A stretch of DNA of 60,906 nt from a virus (lineage: Duplodnaviria > Caudoviricetes). The stretch covers positions 1-60,906 of the IMG/VR virus record IMGVR_UViG_3300020414_000001, one strand, 5' to 3'. Below, piece after piece: positions 9,645 to 18,345 of the stretch (the first letter of the stretch is position 1; the number at the start of each line of letters is the position of its first letter). The notes beneath the pieces were generated by a model. It saw nothing but the letters and a program-made list of their open reading frames with translations. It was not told the DNA's origin and ran no database searches. A program made the position numbers and the translations under genes.

Positions 9645-9983
9645 CTAGAATGGATTGCCTTTTTTCTTCTTTTCTTTGTAAGGTATTGTTGCAATTAATC
9701 TAAGCCAATTAGTTCCCCTCTTGGTTTGCTTTCCCCAAGCGATCATATCACATTCTAGGTCAAACATTTTTGTTTTATCTACAGTATTCCAATCTATATT
9801 AGGGTTTTTCTTTTCCCACAAAGCGACTTGTTTTTTTCTTTTCTCTATCAAGTAATCAAGGACTTCAGATGTTATTTTCATATAACCATTATAATCTGGG
9901 TCATTTGCACCTCTTTTTCTTTCATTGGTAAATATAGAACCACTAGGCTCATACTGTAATTCTTGTATATTTTCTTCAGACAT
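9645..9983 (-). CDS. Putative ssDNA-binding (DUF736-like) protein
   Basis: GSIFTN.RK...DPDYNG...AWGK; C-terminal PF; follows the annealing protein. Confidence 0.5.
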   Translation of the reverse strand: MSEENIQELQYEPSGSIFTNERKRGANDPDYNGYMKITSEVLDYLIEKRKKQVALWEKKNPNIDWNTVDKTKMFDLECDMIAWGKQTKRGTNWLRLIATIPYKEKKKKGNPF

Positions 9984-10771
9984 TATTTTTCTCCTTGTTT
10001 AGTATTGTCTTTTAACCATTTCATTAACTCTGTATGTTTTTCACTATCTTTTTCTTTGTATAGATCAAACAATTCTTTATTTAATTCCCACAACTCAATA
10101 GCTTTGTCATAGTCATTTCCAGACAATTCAACAAAACCTTTCATTGTAGTTATAAAGTCTTCTTCAGAAATTACCTTTTGCTCTCCATCATTTAAGTCTT
10201 TGAAGTATTTTATCTCTCCAAAGAACGGAACAACCTCAGCATTAGGAAAGTGTTTTTTGATTTCTTTTACAGTTTCATCTTTTTCTGCAAGTTTATCTAA
10301 CTCTTTCTTACCATCAAAAATTTCTTTTTTTGGTGGGTCTGCCTTTGGTGGATCAGATTTTTTAAATTCATCAGCCTCTTCTTCAGAGTAAAAATCTCCA
10401 TGCACACCTAATAATTTTAAGATAACTCTGTCGATTGCTCTTTTCTCAGCCATAGCGTAGATGTATTTGTTAGATGTATTTTGTGGACTTACTTCTCCAA
10501 TAGACCAAGCAGTATTCTTCCCCTTGCCATCATCTATGTAACCTTGAACAGACAAAGCAACTATGCCTTTTTCTGTACTGTTTTCAATCATGGTCGGTGG
10601 GTCAAACCACATACCTAAATGTGCAGAGACCTTTTCTAGTGCTTTGTGTTTTACTATTAAAGCGTTCCTATTCTGAGGCAAAGACCAAACTGCACTATTT
10701 CTATCTTTTACATCAACGATCTCTCCAACCTCTTGTAAAAGTTTTTTTAGTTTGTCGTTTATCTCTGCCAT
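9983..10771 (-). CDS. Putative single-strand annealing protein (Rad52/Erf-like)
   Basis: SIGE...N...Y.YAMAEKRAIDR.ILKLLG..G.FYSEEEAD; neighbours an exonuclease. Confidence 0.6.
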   Translation of the reverse strand: MAEINDKLKKLLQEVGEIVDVKDRNSAVWSLPQNRNALIVKHKALEKVSAHLGMWFDPPTMIENSTEKGIVALSVQGYIDDGKGKNTAWSIGEVSPQNTSNKYIYAMAEKRAIDRVILKLLGVHGDFYSEEEADEFKKSDPPKADPPKKEIFDGKKELDKLAEKDETVKEIKKHFPNAEVVPFFGEIKYFKDLNDGEQKVISEEDFITTMKGFVELSGNDYDKAIELWELNKELFDLYKEKDSEKHTELMKWLKDNTKQGEK

Positions 10772-11034
10772 TACTTAACTCCAAAAATAATCTTAAACCA
10801 TCTTACTAAGAAAAAATCTTTTTCTGGCTTTTGTGCTTTATCTGTAGCTTCTCTTATGTGAGAAACTGGCACTTTGGGTTTTGAGGCTTTCTTTATTTCT
10901 GCCTTTACCTTAACATCAGCTTTAACAAAAGCCTCGTTTTCTGGTGTGTCTGGATTGTCTGCGACAAATCTACCCTTGCTAGTTCTTGCTCTTTTCAACT
11001 TACTTGCAGTTTCTTTAGTTTTCTTCTTTGCCAT
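10771..11034 (-). CDS. Basic hypothetical protein
   Basis: RARTSKGRFVADNPDTPENEA motif; packed ORF. Confidence 0.7.
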   Translation of the reverse strand: MAKKKTKETASKLKRARTSKGRFVADNPDTPENEAFVKADVKVKAEIKKASKPKVPVSHIREATDKAQKPEKDFFLVRWFKIIFGVK

Positions 11035-11974
11035 TTTTCACTCCTTTGTTGTATTGTTGACAAAAATCTGCAACGGAACAATAGTTGCCCTTGCATCTGT
11101 TATATTCGCCTTGACGAAAATCTATTTCATAGCCACCAGTATATTTAGGCATATAGGCACTATCTGTATTTTTATGCCATTCCATATACTTGATAGCCTC
11201 TTCTTCTGTATCTAAAACTCTTAATGCTCTTTTCTGTGCTTTCTTTCTAACTGCCCAACTGTCTTTCTTTTTCCATCTCTCGTCATCAGAGCATAGGGGT
11301 AATTTATTTTGCAGATCGTAATTTATTTGAGCGTTTTGATGTAAGGAAATTCTTTCGTTTATATATTTTTTTCTTTCCTCTGGTGTCCATAAAGGTATAT
11401 CAACCAACACAACTGGTGTTTTGGGATAGTCCTCTTTTTTCTCAGCGTCTCTTCTATTCCAATCTCTTAGTATGGCACATATGTTTAGCTTGTTTACTTT
11501 CTTTTTTTCTTTTGAGAAAGGTGTAAAAACTGCATGGTAATTTTGTTCACATAGGTAGGCATAGCAGTTTAACTGCCTCTCCCATTCTATCTTTCCAAAG
11601 ATAACAGACCAAACAGAGGTAACTTTGTAATCAACTATGTTAACACTACCATCTTTTTTATCTATCTCTTGCCTATCAATAGCACCAGAGAACTTCCAAC
11701 CATTTACCTCTGCATACAATCTTTGCTCTGTCTCAGAAAACATTGTGTCTTCAGACCTTTCAAGAATGGCATGAACTGATGTTCCAAACAAAGACCATAT
11801 CTGATCTACTGCATCTATTTCTATTTCATCTTGGTGTTTTTGCCTCATCAAGGCAACTCTAGGACTATCAATAAGTGAGGTTACTGATATATCAGCATCT
11901 CCTCTGCTATACTTATCGTTTTTAATAAAATCAACAAAAGGTTGTGGTAACCCAAATTTATTGGTAATCTTCAT
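11015..11974 (-). CDS. PD-(D/E)xK exonuclease (Cas4/RecB-like)
   Basis: ISVTSL, GTSVH, E.R, GAID, IVDYK, QLN.YAYL and C-terminal Cys residues. Confidence 0.85.
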   Translation of the reverse strand: MKITNKFGLPQPFVDFIKNDKYSRGDADISVTSLIDSPRVALMRQKHQDEIEIDAVDQIWSLFGTSVHAILERSEDTMFSETEQRLYAEVNGWKFSGAIDRQEIDKKDGSVNIVDYKVTSVWSVIFGKIEWERQLNCYAYLCEQNYHAVFTPFSKEKKKVNKLNICAILRDWNRRDAEKKEDYPKTPVVLVDIPLWTPEERKKYINERISLHQNAQINYDLQNKLPLCSDDERWKKKDSWAVRKKAQKRALRVLDTEEEAIKYMEWHKNTDSAYMPKYTGGYEIDFRQGEYNRCKGNYCSVADFCQQYNKGVKNGKEEN

Positions 11975-11999
11975 GTAAACTCCTATGTGTTAGTTTCTA

Positions 12000-12027
12000 T
12001 GTATATCATGCAGTAACATTATGTCAA
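12000..12027 (-). promoter_or_regulatory. Putative sigma70 promoter of the leftward recombination operon
   Basis: TTGACA (12027-12022)-N16-TATACA preceded by TGn. Confidence 0.5.
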
Positions 12028-12413
12028 ATAAAATTTATCCATCAACTAAATTTGTTATTTACGGAGAACCAGCAAGTAAAAGCAATAGCAGAAAAATCGT
12101 TAAATTTGGAAAAAGATTTGGCGTAATAAAATCAGAAAAAGCTAGGAACTATGTAAAGATATTTGCTGAACAATGCCCACAATTAGAAAAACTTATTGAA
12201 CTTGATGTCAAAGTTGAGATAAAAATATATTATCAATCAAGGAGACCAGATTTAGATGAAAGCGTGATATTAGATTGTATGCAAGGAAAGATATATGTTA
12301 ATGACAGACAAGTTAAACAGAAACATATATTCTGGGGAATTGATAGGGAACAACCCAGAACTCACATCAGAGTTACGCCTATGGAGATTTGTGATATGCC
12401 AAGCGATTTCTGA
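12021..12413 (+). CDS. rusA: RusA-family Holliday junction resolvase
   Basis: GEPASKSN, RRPDLD, D.MQG.IY.NDRQV. Confidence 0.85.
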   Translation: MSNKIYPSTKFVIYGEPASKSNSRKIVKFGKRFGVIKSEKARNYVKIFAEQCPQLEKLIELDVKVEIKIYYQSRRPDLDESVILDCMQGKIYVNDRQVKQKHIFWGIDREQPRTHIRVTPMEICDMPSDF

Positions 12414-12624
12414 TAGTTATCTAGGCACGAACAAAGAAAAGATAACCATAGGACTTTGGATAAGAGGAGATGACTTTACAAAAGTATGCGATCTTGCTGA
12501 CTTAAATTCAGAGAATGTTAGAAAATCTATTTACGAAATATTAATAAGCAAACCAATTATTGCCAGACATCTTGGCGAGAAGTTAAAAAAATTCATACAA
12601 AATCACGCCTCAAGACATCACTAA
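12295..12624 (+). CDS. Hypothetical protein
   Basis: LW..VI.QA..D...W....DF..VC.LA pattern typical of phage hypotheticals; start uncertain. Confidence 0.65.
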   Translation: MLMTDKLNRNIYSGELIGNNPELTSELRLWRFVICQAISDSYLGTNKEKITIGLWIRGDDFTKVCDLADLNSENVRKSIYEILISKPIIARHLGEKLKKFIQNHASRHH

Positions 12625-12697
12625 CTAGATTAGTTCTACTAGTCTAGTATAATATATATTATAACTACTAGACTAGTATAATACTAGTACTAGTATA
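12624..12697. repeat. CTAG-rich palindrome array 1 (candidate replication origin)
   Basis: 7 CTAG; TACTAGTCTAGTA inverted pair around an AT palindrome, then ATACTAGTACTAGTAT; upstream of primase-helicase. Confidence 0.75.
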
Positions 12698-12787
12698 AGG
12701 GGGTTCTAAAAGTTTTGAATTTTAATTTTCATTTTGAGATTTTTGTGGCAGCCAAAAAATTACGAAGACTTAACATCTTGAACTTAT

Positions 12788-12803
12788 AAGTTAAAATTAA
12801 CTT
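12788..12803 (+). promoter_or_regulatory. Palindromic motif, copy 3
   Basis: AAGTTAAAATTAACTT abutting the probable -35 of the primase-helicase gene. Confidence 0.7.
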
Positions 12804-12864
12804 TTGTCTTGATTATGGATTATTTTATGATTATGTTTTTCGTTGTAACACATGGAGTAAATTA

Positions 12865-14664
12865 ATGGAAAATAGTGAAAGCATCAAGAGTGATGCATTA
12901 AGATTAGGGAGTGGTCAACATAAAGTTAATTGTCCATTCTGCACCCACCTTAGAAAAAAGAAACATTTAAAAACTCTGTCATTAAAAGTAGAAGAGAAAA
13001 GCATTTTCTTTAACTGTTGGCATTGCTCAAAAGATGGAGTGATAAAGATAAAGCAAGACAATTTTAAATTTATACGGAGAGAACCTTTGAGCCAGACGAT
13101 AGAAAAGAAATGGAATGATATTGATAATAATGTTGTAACTTATTTAAAATCCAGAGGCATATCAAAAGATACTGCGATTAAATCTGGATTAAAATATACG
13201 AAACAATTTATATCTGGCACTAACAAAGAAGAGAACTGCATAGTTTTTCCATACTTTAACAAAGGCAAAATGGAATATGCAAAGCTGAGAAGTTTTCCAG
13301 AAAAAGGATTTTCAAGTCATGGTTCAGCATTGAATTTTTACAACATAGATAGTGTTGAGGAAAAGGATTGGGTTATTATTTGTGAGGGAGAAATAGATTG
13401 TTTAAGTTTTAAAGAGATTGGATTAAACCAAGTTGTTTCTATTCCTCATGGTGCTGTAATGAAAGTTACAGACGGAAAAATAGACCCACAAGAGGACACA
13501 AAGTTTAGGTTTATTTGGAACGCTAAATCAAAACTAGATAAATGTAATAAAATTATATTGGCATTGGATAATGATAAATCTGGTCAAGCTATGGCTGAGG
13601 AGATAGCCAGAAGAGTTGGTAAGGATAAATGTTGGAAGATAGAATACCCAGATGGTTGTAAAGATGCCAATGAAGTTTTGGTTAAATTTGGTGTAGAAAA
13701 ATTAGACGAGATAGCTACGAGACCAATACCTTATCCAGTAAGTGGATTGTATGATGCAGAACATTTTTATGAGGAAGTTGATGATATTTACGACAAGGGT
13801 GTAGGTACAGGAATATCGACAGGGTACAAAGATGTAGACGATATTTATACTGTTGTTGAGGGTCAGCTATCTGTGGTAACAGGACACCCCTCTTCTGGTA
13901 AATCTGAGTTCATAGATCAGATAATGGTCAATATAGCAAAAGAAAAAAATTGGAAGTTTGGCATATGCTCTTTTGAGAACGAGCCAAGAATACACATATC
14001 AAAACTTATTAGTAAGTATTTAGAGAAACCTTTTTTTGGAGATGCATCTAAACGTATGTCAAAAGAAGAATTAAAAGAGGGAAAGGAGTTTGTACAAAAA
14101 CATTTTAGTTTTTTGTATCAAGCTGATGGTAGTTTATCTTCTCTTGATAGCATCATAACCAGAATGAAGATTGCAGTTATGAGGCATGGGGTTAGAGGAA
14201 TAATTATAGACCCTTATAACTACATAGCCAGAGATCAAGACACTTCTGAAACAGATTGGATATCTGAGATGCTTACAAAGTTAAGAGTATTCGCACAAGC
14301 ACATAGTATACATATTTGGTTTGTTGCACACCCAACTAAGATGATGAGACGAGATGACGGCACAGTACCACCACCTAAAGGATATGATATTTCTGGAAGT
14401 GCATCATGGTTTGCTAAAGCTGATGTTGGATTAACAGTTCATAGACCAAATCCATCTTATTCTGATATCAGCGAGATATTAGTTTGGAAATGTAGATTTT
14501 CTTGGGTGGGTGCTATAGGTCAATGCAGTTTGTTATTTAACAAATTAACAACGACATATTCCTCTACTAGCGAGTACTATGAAAGAGATAAATTCTTAGC
14601 ACCAAGACCTATTGAGGGGTCTGTAAAAACTGAAGAACCAGATAAAGATGAAGTCCCATTCTAA
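12865..14664 (+). CDS. Primase-helicase (Twinkle/T7 gp4 type)
   Basis: Zn finger CPFC/CWHC, TOPRIM CEGEID and DND, KDANE, Walker A GHPSSGKS, IDPYN, VAHPTK, DISGSA. Confidence 0.95.
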   Translation: MENSESIKSDALRLGSGQHKVNCPFCTHLRKKKHLKTLSLKVEEKSIFFNCWHCSKDGVIKIKQDNFKFIRREPLSQTIEKKWNDIDNNVVTYLKSRGISKDTAIKSGLKYTKQFISGTNKEENCIVFPYFNKGKMEYAKLRSFPEKGFSSHGSALNFYNIDSVEEKDWVIICEGEIDCLSFKEIGLNQVVSIPHGAVMKVTDGKIDPQEDTKFRFIWNAKSKLDKCNKIILALDNDKSGQAMAEEIARRVGKDKCWKIEYPDGCKDANEVLVKFGVEKLDEIATRPIPYPVSGLYDAEHFYEEVDDIYDKGVGTGISTGYKDVDDIYTVVEGQLSVVTGHPSSGKSEFIDQIMVNIAKEKNWKFGICSFENEPRIHISKLISKYLEKPFFGDASKRMSKEELKEGKEFVQKHFSFLYQADGSLSSLDSIITRMKIAVMRHGVRGIIIDPYNYIARDQDTSETDWISEMLTKLRVFAQAHSIHIWFVAHPTKMMRRDDGTVPPPKGYDISGSASWFAKADVGLTVHRPNPSYSDISEILVWKCRFSWVGAIGQCSLLFNKLTTTYSSTSEYYERDKFLAPRPIEGSVKTEEPDKDEVPF

Positions 14665-15109
14665 AAAATTCTATCAACGAGACCATAGGAAGATAAAGCC
14701 AGAGTTCGTTGGTAATACAAATAAAGTTAGAATGAGGGTTGTAGATCAAACAATCCTAGATACGCTATTGCTAACAGATACTATCATGCTTTCTGATTAC
14801 AAGATACTAGACAAGCTACAAGGCGATTATAATAAATCTGGAATGGTAGGAGTGAAAGCTACAAGCTATATGATTAAGCCTAAAAGTTCTGGATTTGAGT
14901 TCTCTCACAATTTAGGACGCATGAAAGTGATGAGTTGTGTTCAGTATATTAAGGACAAGTTAGGTGGTGAATACCAAAAAATATTATTAAAATTGTTAGA
15001 TGATAATAAATTATCTAATAAAGAATTAGAATGGTTTGGGGATAATAAAAAGGTGGGAAAGCTATCTACGATAGTTAATGAGTTCTATAATTTGTGGAAT
15101 AAAGGTTGA
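14648..15109 (+). CDS. Hypothetical protein
   Basis: Overlaps the helicase stop; same operon. Confidence 0.7.
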   Translation: MKSHSKKFYQRDHRKIKPEFVGNTNKVRMRVVDQTILDTLLLTDTIMLSDYKILDKLQGDYNKSGMVGVKATSYMIKPKSSGFEFSHNLGRMKVMSCVQYIKDKLGGEYQKILLKLLDDNKLSNKELEWFGDNKKVGKLSTIVNEFYNLWNKG

Positions 15110-15134
15110 CATGGAACTTCTGCAAGACTAATTA
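15106..15134 (+). promoter_or_regulatory. Putative sigma70 promoter for the small RNA
   Basis: TTGACA-N17-TAATTA with no plus-strand ORF downstream. Confidence 0.5.
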
Positions 15135-15140
15135 TATATT

Positions 15141-15188
15141 TGAGGAAACTCATTATGTGTTACAAAGGGGAGTAAAAACTCCCCTTTT
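15141..15188 (+). ncRNA. Candidate ~50-nt antisense sRNA
   Basis: UGAG-GAAA-CUCA hairpin, unpaired UUAUGUGUUAC, then a terminator; the seed is complementary to three RBS regions. Confidence 0.55.
15164..15188. terminator. Intrinsic terminator between convergent units
   Basis: AAAGGGGAGT-AAAA-ACTCCCCTTT hairpin with U-tail. Confidence 0.85.
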
Positions 15189-15196
15189 ACTTTTAA

Positions 15197-15212
15197 AAGT
15201 TAAAGTTAACTT
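15197..15212 (+). promoter_or_regulatory. Palindromic motif, copy 4
   Basis: AAGTTAAAGTTAACTT, flanked by AA/TT. Confidence 0.7.
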
Positions 15213-15446
15213 TTAGTCTCTTGTATAATTCACGATTAGTGAAGTGCCAAACATGGTAAACAAAATACCAGATAAAATATATACAGATGCAACAGACCAG
15301 ATAAAATAATCAAAGTAAGTTGCTAAAGAAATAGTGGTCTCTGATGTCTCCAGTATAACAAAAGATACTGGGATAGTGCTGAAACCAAACAAAATTAAAC
15401 ATATTCCAACTATAAGTCTGGAATGATCTATTAAAAAATTAATCAT
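15213..15446 (-). CDS. Small membrane protein (2 TM)
   Basis: Two hydrophobic segments; AAGGAG RBS. Confidence 0.75.
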   Translation of the reverse strand: MINFLIDHSRLIVGICLILFGFSTIPVSFVILETSETTISLATYFDYFIWSVASVYILSGILFTMFGTSLIVNYTRD

Positions 15447-15470
15447 GTGTTACTCCTTTTTGATTAGAAA

Positions 15471-15540
15471 ACCATACAGAGGGTGGTAAAATCTTAGGGT
15501 GCAATCATACCCAGAGATATTGTTTCGCCTCTGTATGGCT
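15471..15540. repeat. Inverted-repeat element CCATACAGAGG...CCTCTGTATGG with inner GGGT/ACCC stem
   Basis: 11-bp perfect arms; one arm recurs at 22240-22251. Confidence 0.7.
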
Positions 15541-15721
15541 CTTAAATCAAGATAATTTGGTTAGTTTCTATGTCTTAAATGGTGTATATTGCCATGATGC
15601 ACATTTTTACCCACCTACAAGAGCGATTACTAATGAGGTAGGGGAACTCATGTATTAGGGAGACATAGCATTGGATAGAGGCACTAACCAGACCTCTCTT
15701 AGGAGAGCATCATTCCCCAAT

Positions 15722-15817
15722 TCAAATAAAGATTATATATAAAAAAAGTAGAAATACTATTGCCATGTAAAACCCTAGCATCTCTACAAATAATTTAAGC
15801 CATTCAATCAAGTTCAT
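15722..15817 (-). CDS. Small hydrophobic peptide (31 aa, not in ORF track)
   Basis: MNLIEWLKLFVEMLGFYMAIVFLLFLYIIFI; GAGGAG RBS. Confidence 0.5.
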   Translation of the reverse strand: MNLIEWLKLFVEMLGFYMAIVFLLFLYIIFI

Positions 15818-15995
15818 CAAATAACTCCTCTGAATGTCCCTCGTTATTATTCTCTTGATCTGCATAAGGTTTGACAATCTGTATCATCTTATCAAGTCTT
15901 TTCATGTAATCCTCTTTATATCCATGAAAAGTAATTTGCTTTTCAACATCAAGTCTTAACTCATACAACATAGTTAATAGTTCAATCATTGGCAT
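15804..15995 (-). CDS. Hypothetical protein
   Basis: ATG at 15995 follows an AGGAG RBS (track start 16046 less likely). Confidence 0.6.
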   Translation of the reverse strand: MPMIELLTMLYELRLDVEKQITFHGYKEDYMKRLDKMIQIVKPYADQENNNEGHSEELFDELD

Positions 15996-16005
15996 AACAA
16001 ATCTC

Positions 16006-16377
16006 CTATCTCTCAAAGCTACCAAATGTTTTAATCTGCCAATCATGTATTTCTTTCATACATTCTTCAGTAGATTTCTTTTCCTCTGGAATAAAAACTT
16101 TAGTTCTGACCATGTAGTGATCGTCATCAGCTTTCATATCATTGTATGGCATCTTATTAATTAGGGCATCAGTATAATTTTCTTCAACCCATTCTTCTAC
16201 TGCATTACTAATAACCCATCTGACTTCCTCACAAAATTCCTTTGGAGTATTTTCTTTAGCCAACTGAACACCTTGCTTGTCATCAGATGAACCATGAAAG
16301 ACCTCTTTTAAAAACCAATTAAATCTTTCTTCATCAAGGGTAAATTCCCCTTTAAATTTTACAGTTAATTTCTTCAC
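16006..16377 (-). CDS. Hypothetical protein
   Basis: Packed early-operon ORF. Confidence 0.7.
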   Translation of the reverse strand: MKKLTVKFKGEFTLDEERFNWFLKEVFHGSSDDKQGVQLAKENTPKEFCEEVRWVISNAVEEWVEENYTDALINKMPYNDMKADDDHYMVRTKVFIPEEKKSTEECMKEIHDWQIKTFGSFER

Positions 16378-16379
16378 TA

Positions 16380-16571
16380 TTAATATCCTCTCTTTATTAT
16401 GTTTAGTGATTTATTTAAGAGTAAAGCTAACTCTGTAGATTGGTCAGTTCTTTTCTTCATAAGTCTACTGACCTCTTCATTAACTACACCCTCGATCTCT
16501 AACATAGCCTCTGACCATGTTAAATCTTTTGGTGGTAAATCCACCCATGTTTTTATTTTATTCATTGCCAT
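16380..16571 (-). CDS. Hypothetical protein
   Basis: Packed early-operon ORF. Confidence 0.65.
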   Translation of the reverse strand: MAMNKIKTWVDLPPKDLTWSEAMLEIEGVVNEEVSRLMKKRTDQSTELALLLNKSLNIIKRGY

Positions 16572-16818
16572 CTTCCCACTCCTCTATTCTTGATAACAAT
16601 CCCTCTGCACATTCACTTCTTCCAAAAAATACTTCTGGTGCATCAGCAATATTTTCTGGTTCTTCTCCATCAGAAATACGAGTTTGTATTTCTTGATATG
16701 TATTAACCTCATCAACTAACCAAGATTTAATTCTGCTTATGATTTGTGCTTGGCTATCCAGAGCAGACCTAGTGTTATCTAGTTCTGTCTGTAATGCTTT
16801 TATTAAATGTTTAGTCAT
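16558..16818 (-). CDS. Hypothetical protein
   Basis: Packed early-operon ORF. Confidence 0.7.
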   Translation of the reverse strand: MTKHLIKALQTELDNTRSALDSQAQIISRIKSWLVDEVNTYQEIQTRISDGEEPENIADAPEVFFGRSECAEGLLSRIEEWEDGNE

Positions 16819-17046
16819 TTAGTACCCACTTTCTGTTATTCTAATCATTTTATCTACATAAGATTTAAATTCATCTTCAAGTAATGGTCTCTCTCTTATT
16901 CCCCAATACATGAAGACAACATTACTAGGCTCTCGTCTCCTAGTAATGTTATGAACAAAATAAATCTCTCCATCATCTGATACCTTGTACTTTGGTGCAT
17001 AGGTGTAACCTTTATGCATAAAGATATATTTTTCTTTAGCTTTCAT
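16819..17046 (-). CDS. Hypothetical protein
   Basis: Packed early-operon ORF with AGGTG RBS. Confidence 0.7.
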   Translation of the reverse strand: MKAKEKYIFMHKGYTYAPKYKVSDDGEIYFVHNITRRREPSNVVFMYWGIRERPLLEDEFKSYVDKMIRITESGY

Positions 17047-17054
17047 GTTAGCAC

Positions 17055-18182
17055 CTATATATCCAGAGCATTGGCAATGCCAGATACAACTCTGCCAGAC
17101 ATAGTTCTTTCAGCTATTGATAAACTCTCATTACAAGCAGTATGGCACTCTCCAAGAGTATCAAACCTATGAGGTGCAAAAGTCCTCTCTGGGTTGTCAA
17201 AATTTTGCTTACCCTCTGGGTGTCTTGCCCATTTCTTAGCTTGGTAAGATATCAAAAACAAATCTTGGATTAATGATATCTCTCCATTCTTAGAAGAAAC
17301 TATATCAGCTTTGTAAACATCAAAACCTTTATCTTTTAATCTTTGTATTGGCTTAGGATTGGCTTTAATAACCATACAAGGTCTGCTTTTATAAATAACA
17401 GTAGATAAACCATGTCTGTAAACATTGAGATACCAAAGGCTTGGAACTTCAATAGCGTTATCTTTGTAATAGTCATATTCTTTCTTCTTAACATGAGGCT
17501 GAACAACGTAACCATCTCCTTGAATACATGGATTTTCATCTTTGATAACTCTTTTATCTTGTCTTCCATCACTACCATACTTGTCTTTAGATAAACCATC
17601 TTGACCAAATACACCTAATCTAACATCTGTTCTCTGGTGTTTTTCTCTCCACCATTCAGAGGCAACCTCTAAGGATATCCTCGCCCATTTTTTAGTAATG
17701 TCTGCTTTCTCATGATACTTTTCATCAAGTAAAGAAAATCTTTTAGCAGTAGTTCTATACTGTTTAACAGATGAAACTAAGTCAGCAACAAATTCAAATG
17801 ACTTTCTTCTGTCATACTCTACATCTTCGTATAAGGATTTTAACTTATCATTAAACTCTGAATTTCTCTTAGGCTTTGAGTAACCATGATAATTGCCATA
17901 ATTTCCATGTTGACCTTTTTCATAGTAAGTTACTAAGTCAGCCATTTCATCATTAGTAATGCCATAGATTTCTTTAAAGGCAACCAACATCTTTTTATTT
18001 TTACTAGCCAGATAATAGTCAAAAGCAGATATACAATGCTTTTTATTTGTATGGTCATCTCTTGTTCTGTATCTGGTTTTCTCTTCATTAACGATAGGGT
18101 TTTCAACAACACTATCTCTATAGTCTCGTAAATATTTTACAAAATTATTAAAAGTAAAATTATCTTTTTTCGTAATAGTCAT
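17055..18182 (-). CDS. Hypothetical early protein (375 aa)
   Basis: Long ORF with GGAG RBS; no recognised motif. Confidence 0.8.
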   Translation of the reverse strand: MTITKKDNFTFNNFVKYLRDYRDSVVENPIVNEEKTRYRTRDDHTNKKHCISAFDYYLASKNKKMLVAFKEIYGITNDEMADLVTYYEKGQHGNYGNYHGYSKPKRNSEFNDKLKSLYEDVEYDRRKSFEFVADLVSSVKQYRTTAKRFSLLDEKYHEKADITKKWARISLEVASEWWREKHQRTDVRLGVFGQDGLSKDKYGSDGRQDKRVIKDENPCIQGDGYVVQPHVKKKEYDYYKDNAIEVPSLWYLNVYRHGLSTVIYKSRPCMVIKANPKPIQRLKDKGFDVYKADIVSSKNGEISLIQDLFLISYQAKKWARHPEGKQNFDNPERTFAPHRFDTLGECHTACNESLSIAERTMSGRVVSGIANALDI

Positions 18183-18210
18183 ATTATCTCCATGTTTAGA
18201 TTAATTGAAA

Positions 18211-18240
18211 CCTCTAGAAGTTAAAGTTAACTTCCAGAGG
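18211..18240. promoter_or_regulatory. Palindromic motif, copy 5 (18218-18233), inside a 30-bp inverted repeat
   Basis: CCTCTAGAAGTTAA-AG-TTAACTTCCAGAGG. Confidence 0.7.
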
Positions 18241-18345
18241 TGTATATAGATTTTAATTTTCGAGCATTACACTATCTTTTCTTTCAAGTTCCTTAGAACA
18301 TTAGATAGACACGAGCAGTTCCTAATAACTGCAATGTTTTGTCTA

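Noticed and set aside
12788-12803. Palindromic motif as a CtrA box
   Set aside because: CtrA sites are TTAA-N7-TTAA; the spacing here is N2.
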